Assembly: GCA_963712295.1 (NCBI GenBank)
Contig: CAVQHM010000029.1
Location: 63,704-127,703, forward strand
DNA length: 64,000 nt
Direction: 5' to 3'
Source of the DNA: an uncultured Acidobacteriaceae bacterium
GTDB taxonomy: Bacteria > Acidobacteriota > Terriglobia > Terriglobales > Acidobacteriaceae
Both the position numbers and the translations under genes were made by a program. Under the pieces are notes generated by a model. The model did not search any database, was not told the origin of the DNA, and was given only the letters and a program-made list of their open reading frames with translations. Positions 57,167 to 64,000 of the stretch are shown piece after piece (positions within the stretch are counted from its first letter, which is position 1; each line of letters begins with the position of its first letter).

Positions 57167-58246
57167 AGATTTTCCCGGCACCATGAGGGAATCTTTGATC
57201 TTACAGTCGCAAGAAAAGAAGGGTCAAACGCGCGAGGGGGTAATACGCACTGAGGGGATTTTACTACCCCCCCCACTGACCTTGCACCCTGAAGGGCCGG
57301 GGGGCGCGCGACGGGGGTGGGTGGTTGCGCTGGCTAGGTGGGCGGGGTAAAGCGCTCGTCTGAAGCTGCCAAGAGTCTGCGCCCGCCTGAAGAGGCGGCC
57401 GCCGTCGAGTTCGTATTCAAGTACGGTCTGGCGCTGACAGCAATGGGCTTACTAGATTCTGTGAAAAGAACGCCCGAGTGGGCCGACAATGAGGCTGCCT
57501 GCCGAGAACATATCCGGCAGAGCGCGGCTGGGGTCGCACGTGTGATTGTCCCCTTGTGCCTTTCGTTGCCAAAGACGCTGCCGAAGCTTGCCCACACCTG
57601 AGTCGTAGTGACCCAACCCACCCAACCTTTTTCATGGGAAGCCCGGGGACGGGGAAGCCACAACCAGCCGAGATCGAAATCCATTGACTTAAGAACCGTC
57701 GTGCGCAACGATAGAGATCGGATTGGGGCAGTTTCGAGGTGTATCTGTCGACCTAGACGGCCCTCGAAGCTGCCCCGAACCAATTTTCGGGGCTCTTTGA
57801 TAATGCAAGTCGTTGGTTCTTAAAGACTTTACCCGCAAGTCCTTTAAACCCAAAGATCTGGCGGGAGCCACCTCCCAAGTCTTTGATTCCCAAAGACCGA
57901 GCGATGGGGGGAGGGGGTACCCTTCTAACTAAGTCAGCTATGTCAAACCGGTGAATAGCCAAGAAAACTCGGACAGTCGCAGCGAAGCCAAAAATAATGA
58001 AGGCTTAGTTAAATCGATTCACACGCCGCAAATGATCGTCGTCGAAGCAAATCGGGAAATTCGCCGATGCACTTCCCTCAAGAAAGGTTGCAAATAACCG
58101 ATACCAGCGGTAGTATGACTTTGGATGCTGTTTTTCGCGTCCACCCTTATCCGAACAAACACAACTTCCAGGTAGAAACGCAACCCTAGGTTTTAGACCA
58201 AATCTAAAGGGGCGCCCAAGGCCCCGGTGCAATTCGGAGAGAATGC

Positions 58247-58993
58247 ATGTCGTGGTACGCGTACTGCCTCACCGAACACCAGACCCTAGCAAATGGTGTT
58301 CGCGCCCGTCGTCCCTTCGTTCTCGATGGAATCCAAGGTGTGAACTCCGCTCCTGTCATGAGCTACCCGAGCGGAGAATTCGCGGTGATCGTCAGTGAAT
58401 ACGACCGCACCACCTCCAAACTCGACGAAAAGTCGGTTCTGGAACATGCCCGCGTGGTCAGCCAGAGCTTCCGAACCGCCACCGTCTTGCCCTTCCGCTT
58501 CGGAACGATCTTCGACACCGAAGATGCCATCCGCCAGGCGGTGCGAGCCAACCGCCGGACGTTCTGCGAGAGCGTGGAGCGGCTGCGCGGCAAGTCCGAA
58601 ATGCGCATCAAGCTGGTGGTTCGCGACGGTTCTCCCCGCGGTTCCATGGACGAGATCGTCCTGCCCGATACCGTCGGCCGCGAGTACCTGATCAAGCTGC
58701 GCGAGAAGGCGTCCCGGGAGCGTGAGCGCCAGACCAAAGCCCGCGCCCTCTCCGTCCAGGTGCACAAGCTCTTCAACCCCCTCGAGGAAGAAGTCAGCTG
58801 CAAGAAGGTGGATGCCGACGGAATGTTGCTCGATATCGCACACCTGATCGACACCAAGTCGATCGAAAAGTATCAGAACCGCTACAGCACGGCCGCCAAG
58901 CAACTCAAGAACTGCCAGCTGTTCGTGACCGGTCCCTGGCCGCCCTACCACTTCCTGCCCGGCAAGGTACGCACCGTTGCCGGCGACAGCTAG
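58247..58993 (+). CDS. GvpL/GvpF family (gas vesicle accessory-like) protein, orphan
   Basis: GGAGAG ends 6 nt before the ATG. Has the family hallmarks SWYAYCL at the N-terminus, TVLPFRFGTIF in the middle, and FVTGPWPPYHF near the C-terminus. Confidence 0.8.
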   Translation: MSWYAYCLTEHQTLANGVRARRPFVLDGIQGVNSAPVMSYPSGEFAVIVSEYDRTTSKLDEKSVLEHARVVSQSFRTATVLPFRFGTIFDTEDAIRQAVRANRRTFCESVERLRGKSEMRIKLVVRDGSPRGSMDEIVLPDTVGREYLIKLREKASRERERQTKARALSVQVHKLFNPLEEEVSCKKVDADGMLLDIAHLIDTKSIEKYQNRYSTAAKQLKNCQLFVTGPWPPYHFLPGKVRTVAGDS

Positions 58994-59012
58994 AAACGAT
59001 TGATTGGTCCCA

Positions 59013-59039
59013 AGCCCCCTTTCGAGGGGGCTTTTTTTT
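59013..59039 (+). terminator. Rho-independent terminator after the gvpL/F-like gene
   Basis: AGCCCCC-TTTCGA-GGGGGCT followed by TTTTTTT. Confidence 0.85.
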
Positions 59040-59048
59040 GAGGGGTGT

Positions 59049-59114
59049 TGCGTAGAGGCGCGGTTTGCCGCGTCTCCGGCGGCGGAGGAGACGGCGCAAG
59101 CCCCGTCTCTACAG
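59049..59114. repeat. Family E subfamily (GTAGAG...CTCTAC double hairpin)
   Basis: GTAGAGGCGCGGTTTGCCGCGTCTC + GGAGACGGCGCAAGCCCCGTCTCTAC. The reverse complement matches 62300..62366. Confidence 0.8.
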
Positions 59115-59401
59115 CAAAGTGCAGTTTTGTGCATCTGGCCACCCTTCATCCGACATTGGCGGGCCCGCGTTGCGCGTTGGGGAATTACCCTAAAATATTG
59201 ATTTTGAACAGTTTCCGGAATGGCAATTGCCTTCAGCCCGATTCCGCATTTTGGTTCTGCAAATGCTCAGCTCCAGTGCACTAAAGAGGTCGTGCTCGTT
59301 TGACAAACTTCACTCTCGATGCTCTCGACATCTCACTCTGTCCGTTCCATTTCCCGGAGCGGCGTCCCTTAGCTGTCCTCTGATTCCCGCCACTTAACCT
59401 C

Positions 59402-59428
59402 TTTGAAAAGGGTGGCCCCGAAAGGGGC
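59402..59428 (+). terminator. Rho-independent terminator with GAAA tetraloop, no annotated gene upstream
   Basis: GGTGGCCCC-GAAA-GGGGCCGC followed by TTTTTTT. Confidence 0.7.
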
Positions 59429-59478
59429 CGCTTTTTTTGTTTCTCGCGCTCCTGTACACTCGCGGTTTCTTATGAACT

Positions 59479-60500
59479 TTGAAAGAACGCATGATCCAGG
59501 CCGAAACCCGCGCCGACGACGGCATGCAATTGATGCGCGTCGAAACCTTCCAGTTCTCCGACCCTGACGAAATTTCCGTCCGATGCGGAAGTAGAAGCCA
59601 TCGTGCGGAAGATGGCCAGCGATTTGAGCGCGTTACGGACGGCTCCACTCGCCGAGCCTTATAGCGGCCCCGCATTGCTCTCCGGCCGCGCGGCCGCCGT
59701 TTTTTTTCATGAAGTGCTCGGCCATCGCGTCGAAGGACAGAGGCAGCGCGGCCGCGACGAAGGCCAGACTTTCACCAAGAAGGTCAACGAAAAAATCCTG
59801 CCCGAATTCCTCAGCGTCACCGACGACCCCACGCTGCACACGCTCGCGGGCACGGAACTGTCGGGCTTTTATCGCTACGACGACGACGGCATTCCCGCCT
59901 CGCGCGTCGAGGTGGTCAAGGACGGCATCCTGAAAAATTTTCTTATGGGACGATTGCCGGTAAAGAACTTCGGCAACTCCAACGGCCACGGCCGCGCCCA
60001 GCAGGGACTGATGCCTGTCGGCCGCCAGGGCAATCTGATCGTGACTTCTTCAAAAACCGTTCCCGACGCTCAGCTGCGCTCCCGCTTCATCGAGGAAATC
60101 AAGAAGCAGGGAAAGCCCTACGGGCTCTACTTCGAAGACATTCAGGGCGGATTCACTCTGACCACGCGTGAACTGCCGCAAGCCTTCCAGGTGTTGCCGG
60201 TCATGGTGTGGCGGGTTTATGCGGATGGGCGTCCCGACGAACTGGTCCGCGGAGTCGATATCGTTGGCACCCCGCTTACCGTGCTTACCCAGATCGAGGC
60301 CACCGGAGACACCACCAGCGTCTTCAACGGCATCTGCGGAGCCGAATCGGGCAGCGTTCCTGTATCCGCAGCCGCACCGGCCATGCTGTTTTCCGACATG
60401 GAAGTGCAGAAGAAAAAGTACGGCGACGAGCGTCCTCCGATTCTTCCGCCGCCACCCGGTGCGACGGACGAGAAAAGGAGGTGCACAGTGATGCGCCGCG
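59479..60500 (+). pseudogene. TldD-type metallopeptidase, 5'-truncated fragment with a one-base frame break near 59569; no stop before the next module
   Basis: The catalytic region FFHEVLGHRVEG and the downstream SNGHGR and GICGAESGSVPVSAAAP are retained. The upstream frame (IQAETRADDGMQLMRVETFQFSDPD) begins right after a TGA at 59473, and the N-terminal domain of about 230 aa is absent. The end coordinate is approximate. Confidence 0.7.
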
Positions 60501-60547
60501 TTATGTTGGGTTCGATGTCTGGGATATTCTTTAGAACCTTTATGAAT

Positions 60548-60577
60548 TGTCATCCTGAGCGAAGCGAAGGACCTGCT
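60548..60577. repeat. Family B half copy inside the long ORF 59603..62293
   Basis: TGTCATCCTGAGCGAAGCGAAGGACCTGCT, with no right arm nearby. Confidence 0.8.
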
Positions 60578-60622
60578 GTTTGTCGGCGGTCGGCGAAAAC
60601 TGCGAATTCCTCAACGCGAGCG

Positions 60623-62293
60623 ATGTCCGCCGCCCTCGCCTTCGCGGCAGCCCTTTTCGCGCTGCTCGTCTTTGCGCCCATTCCGGCTGCCGCTTCCGCC
60701 AGTTCCGCTTCCGGCGATCCCGTCCTCCGCGCCCTTCGCGAGGAAATGGACCGCTCCAAAGCCAAGCTGAAAATGGACGGCGTACCGGCGCCGTATTACA
60801 TCGAATACCGCGTTACCGAGATCGACCAGTACGATGCCAGCGCCGTCTTCGGAGCACTGCGCAACCAGCAGCATAATCACGGCCGCCTGTTGCGCGTCGT
60901 GGTCCGCGTCGGCGACTACAAGCAGGACAGCTTCTACGGCATGGGAGAAGGCGCCGTCGACCTCGTTCCCTCCGACGACGATGTCTTCGCCATCCGCCAC
61001 CGCATCTGGCTCGCCACCGATCGCGCCTACAAGGCGGCCAGCGAAGCGCTTTCCGCCAAGCAAGCCGCCCTGAAGCAGTTGAAGGTCGATGAGCCCGTTG
61101 ACGATTTCGCCAAAGCCTCGCCGGTCGAATCGATCGAGCCTCTCGCCCATTTTCCCGCGGCCGAACTAACTTCGGACTTTCCTTCCTGGTTGCATCTTCT
61201 CGAAGAGGCTTCCGGCCAATATCGCACCGACAAAGACCTGGAGAACTTCGACTCCTCGTTGCGGTTCACCGTCGAAAACCGTTACTTCCTGAACTCCGAG
61301 GGCACGGTCGCCCGCTCCGGTCATACGCACTACGTCGTCTCCATCGCGGGATCGACCCAGGCGTCGGACGGCATGTTGCTGCAGCGGTCGCACGCCGACC
61401 AGGGCAACGATCTCAAGGATCTCCCCACCCGCGAACAATTTCTCAAAACCACTGCCCGCATCCTCGAAACCCTGAAGACACTGCGTGACGCGCCGGTGGT
61501 CGACGAGGAATACCGCGGCCCGGTGCTGTTCTCGAACGACGCCGCCGCTACTGTAGTCACCGAACTCGTGGAGCCGAATGTTCTCGGCCGAAAGCCCCAG
61601 CTCGGCGAGAACGCCCGCACCACGGGGAAATGGTCCAGCAGCTACAAATCGCGCGTGCTGCCCGACTTCATCAACTTGTTCGACGACCCGACAATCTCCG
61701 CCATTTCCGGCCAGCCCTTGTTCGGCAACTACACTCTCGACGACGAAGGCGTGAAAGCCCAGCGCGTCTCCCTGATCGAGAAAGGGCAACTCGTCTCCTA
61801 CCTCATCGGACGCCAGCCGATTCGCGATTTCCCCGCGTCGAACGGACACGGCCGGGCCGCTGCCGCCGCAGCGCCCGCGCCTCACCCCGGCAATCTCGTT
61901 CTGCAGTCGACCGATCCCCAACCGGACGCCGGCCTCAAGGCAAAGTTGATCGAGCTCTGCAAGAACCGCGACCTGCCCTACGGACTCTACGTCGAAACCA
62001 TGGGACCGCGACTCGAGCCCCGGCTCCTCTATCGCATCTACACCAAAGACGCGCGTGAAGAACTAGTGCGCGGCGGCGTCTTCGGAGATCTCGACGTCCG
62101 CTCGCTGCGCAGCGATCTGATCGCCGCCGGAACCGCGCCCGCCATCGAAGACCGCTCTGAGCCCGTCTGGTTCAGCGTCGCCAGCCCGGCGCTGCTGTGC
62201 GACGAGCTCCAGGTCAAGCGGTCGCAAGCCGCCAAGCAGAAGCTTCCCGAGTACCCCGCGCCCGCGCTCAGCCAGGCCGCGAACCGGCCGTGA
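60623..62293 (+). CDS. TldD/PmbA-family protein, secreted, lacking the HExxxH motif (PmbA/TldE-like partner)
   Basis: Signal peptide MSAALAFAAALFALLVFAPIPAAASA. Collinear with the upstream fragment (NGHGRA, YGLYVE) but has VTELVEPNVLG where the paralogue has FFHEVLGHRVEG. Confidence 0.75.
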   Translation: MSAALAFAAALFALLVFAPIPAAASASSASGDPVLRALREEMDRSKAKLKMDGVPAPYYIEYRVTEIDQYDASAVFGALRNQQHNHGRLLRVVVRVGDYKQDSFYGMGEGAVDLVPSDDDVFAIRHRIWLATDRAYKAASEALSAKQAALKQLKVDEPVDDFAKASPVESIEPLAHFPAAELTSDFPSWLHLLEEASGQYRTDKDLENFDSSLRFTVENRYFLNSEGTVARSGHTHYVVSIAGSTQASDGMLLQRSHADQGNDLKDLPTREQFLKTTARILETLKTLRDAPVVDEEYRGPVLFSNDAAATVVTELVEPNVLGRKPQLGENARTTGKWSSSYKSRVLPDFINLFDDPTISAISGQPLFGNYTLDDEGVKAQRVSLIEKGQLVSYLIGRQPIRDFPASNGHGRAAAAAAPAPHPGNLVLQSTDPQPDAGLKAKLIELCKNRDLPYGLYVETMGPRLEPRLLYRIYTKDAREELVRGGVFGDLDVRSLRSDLIAAGTAPAIEDRSEPVWFSVASPALLCDELQVKRSQAAKQKLPEYPAPALSQAANRP

Positions 62294-62299
62294 CCGGTT

Positions 62300-62366
62300 C
62301 GTGTAGAGACGGGGCTGGCCCCGTCTCCGTCCGCTGCGAAGACGCGGCAAGCCGCGTCTCTACAGG
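62300..62366. repeat. Family E subfamily (GTAGAG...CTCTAC double hairpin), inverted partner of 59049..59114
   Basis: GTAGAGACGGGGCTGGCCCCGTCTC + GAAGACGCGGCAAGCCGCGTCTCTAC. Confidence 0.8.
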
Positions 62367-62418
62367 AGGGTGAATGCCCGATGTGAACTCTTCTCCCGCC
62401 CACGCAAGCGGGTTTCGT

Positions 62419-62448
62419 TTGACCGATTTCCACAACGCACGATAGACT
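62419..62448 (+). promoter_or_regulatory. Candidate sigma70-type promoter for rplU-rpmA-obg (TTGACC-N18-TAGACT)
   Basis: Hexamers at 62419..62424 and 62443..62448, about 160 nt upstream of rplU. Confidence 0.3.
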
Positions 62449-62546
62449 AGTTGAGTTTGCCTGTACTTGCGGACCCGTTCTGGGGCCGCGCCGCGTTTCC
62501 GGTCAGAAGCCGCAGCGGGAAAACAGCAAGCATACTTAGGGTATCT

Positions 62547-62594
62547 GCCGAGCTGCGCTCGGTTTGGACGGGCGAGGTCGCCCGTCCCCACACG
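62547..62594. repeat. Family E bipartite element (inverted orientation) in the rplU leader
   Basis: GCCGAGCTGCGCTCGG-TTT-GGACGGGCGAGGTCGCCCGTCCCCACACG. Confidence 0.8.
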
Positions 62595-62607
62595 ATAAGG
62601 AGAGTTT

Positions 62608-63078
62608 ATGTACGCGGTAATCCGCGCAGGTGGAAAGCAGTATCGGGTAGCCCCGGGCGATGTAGTCCGGATGGAAACACAGGAAGACAAGGACGGAAAG
62701 ATCGAGTTCGGCGATGTGCTGGCGGTTTCCGCCGAGGCGGGCAGCGTTCTGCCTCCGGGGTCGGGAGCGAGCGTAACGGGCGAAGTCGTCGAGCAGGGAC
62801 GCGGCAACAAGATCCTGGTCTTCCACTACAAGCGCAAGAAGCAATACAAAAAGCTGCGGGGACACCGGCAGGACTACACCGCGGTCCGCATCACCGAGAT
62901 CGCCTTTGATGGGCAGTCGTTCAAAGCGCCCGAGCTTCCGAAGAAAGAGAAGAAGGAAAAGAAGGCTCATGAGGGCGGCGAAGAAGTGAAAGCATCGGCG
63001 CGGCCGGGGAAGACGGGGAAGAAGGCGGTCGCGAAGAAGCCGGCGGCGAAGAAAGCCGCGAAAGCGAAGAAGAAGTAG
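62608..63078 (+). CDS. rplU: 50S ribosomal protein L21 with Lys-rich C-terminal extension
   Basis: AAGGAGAG Shine-Dalgarno sequence. MYAVIRAGGKQYRVAPGDVV...ILVFHYKRKKQYKKLRGHRQ, then a tail of about 50 aa, KKEKKEKK...AKKPAAKKAAKAKKK. Confidence 0.9.
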   Translation: MYAVIRAGGKQYRVAPGDVVRMETQEDKDGKIEFGDVLAVSAEAGSVLPPGSGASVTGEVVEQGRGNKILVFHYKRKKQYKKLRGHRQDYTAVRITEIAFDGQSFKAPELPKKEKKEKKAHEGGEEVKASARPGKTGKKAVAKKPAAKKAAKAKKK

Positions 63079-63138
63079 GGGTCCTTCGACTCCGTTAGCT
63101 TTTCACTTCGTGAAAAGCTAGCTCCGCTCAGGATGACA
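63079..63138 (+). terminator. Hairpin (TAGCTTTTCA/TGAAAAGCTA) embedded in a family B right-arm half copy
   Basis: A 10-bp perfect stem at 63096..63105 / 63111..63120 with loop CTTCG. The flanks GTCCTTCG...GCTCAGGATGACA are family B. No clear T run, so terminator function is uncertain. Confidence 0.45.
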
Positions 63139-63200
63139 ATTTGGTTTTGGGTGGAAAGAGATTGGGAATTACTGGCAACTGGCCACTGGAAACTGATTTT

Positions 63201-63470
63201 ATGGCGCATAAAAAAGGACAAGGCACTTCACGAAACGGGCGCGACTCGAACGCGCAGCGGCTTGGGTTCAAGGCTTTCGGCGGACAACTGGTGCCGGGCG
63301 GCACGATCATCGTCCGCCAGCGCGGAACGCGGGTGAAGCCCGGACTGAACGTTGGACGCGGCAAGGACGACACGCTCTTCGCCAAGATCACGGGGCGCAT
63401 CAAGTTCCTCGACAAGGGATCGATGGGGAAGTTTGTGATGGTCGAGCCCGAGGCGATTGAAGCGAAGTAG
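63201..63470 (+). CDS. rpmA: 50S ribosomal protein L27
   Basis: [43 protein letters not shown]. Confidence 0.92.
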   Translation: MAHKKGQGTSRNGRDSNAQRLGFKAFGGQLVPGGTIIVRQRGTRVKPGLNVGRGKDDTLFAKITGRIKFLDKGSMGKFVMVEPEAIEAK

Positions 63471-63537
63471 AGCGCAGACAGGTTGCGTGTTGCGTCCACG
63501 TCTAGAGTTTCGTATCGCTGCATCGCTTCGTATCAGG

Positions 63538-64000
<463 letters not shown>

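Noticed and set aside
57290-57650. tmRNA, RNase P RNA or SRP RNA in the structured region
   Set aside because: The 5' GGGGCGCGCGACGGGGG superficially resembles a tmRNA start. But there is no T-arm/CCA 3' end and no GGAAAGTCCGGGC or ACAGAACCCGGCTTA RNase P blocks. There is also no GGAAGGAAGCAGC SRP motif on either strand.
59205-59232. Sigma54 promoter at CCGGAATGGCAATTGCC
   Set aside because: The GG and GC elements are about 7 nt apart instead of the required 12-nt register.

Overview
High-GC bacterial chromosomal segment. Gene content and repeat content fit an Acidobacteria-type soil bacterium, but that is inference; no search was run and all calls rest on motif recognition in the supplied translations. 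Most of the window is housekeeping: rpsA, ddl, arginase, asnS, ggt, an HtrA-type protease, hyuB, sppA, an IHF-like gene, one tRNA(CAT), purM/purN, mltG, ruvX, comEC, rlmD, coaX, birA, nadC, valS and rplU-rpmA-obg. There is a complete kdp potassium-uptake locus: a KdpD sensor split into two divergent genes, kdpE, a porin, a DUF2254 protein and kdpFABC. There is also an orphan GvpL/GvpF-family gene and a secreted TldD/PmbA-like pair. I found no transposase, integrase, CRISPR array, or recognisable defence or toxin system, so I cannot point to a clear novel multi-gene system. Four things stand out. (1) The window is saturated with at least seven families of short palindromic repeats. Several GC-rich hairpin elements sit inside open reading frames of conserved genes (valS x3, ddl, hyuB, birA) without breaking the frame. 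A 140-bp element with a 40-nt invariant core and a covarying hairpin occurs four times. (2) At least seven single-base frame breaks interrupt otherwise well-conserved genes (rpsA, asnS, ggt, ruvX, valS, a TldD fragment, a secreted ORF). These are most simply sequence errors. comEC is interrupted by two in-frame stops inside a repeat. (3) Two about 60-nt regions upstream of the porin gene and of kdpFABC share four 7-bp direct repeats phased at 11 bp, a candidate KdpE operator. (4) A lower-GC, ORF-poor 2.3-kb segment between valS and a 5'-truncated TldD-like gene carries the lone GvpL/GvpF homologue.
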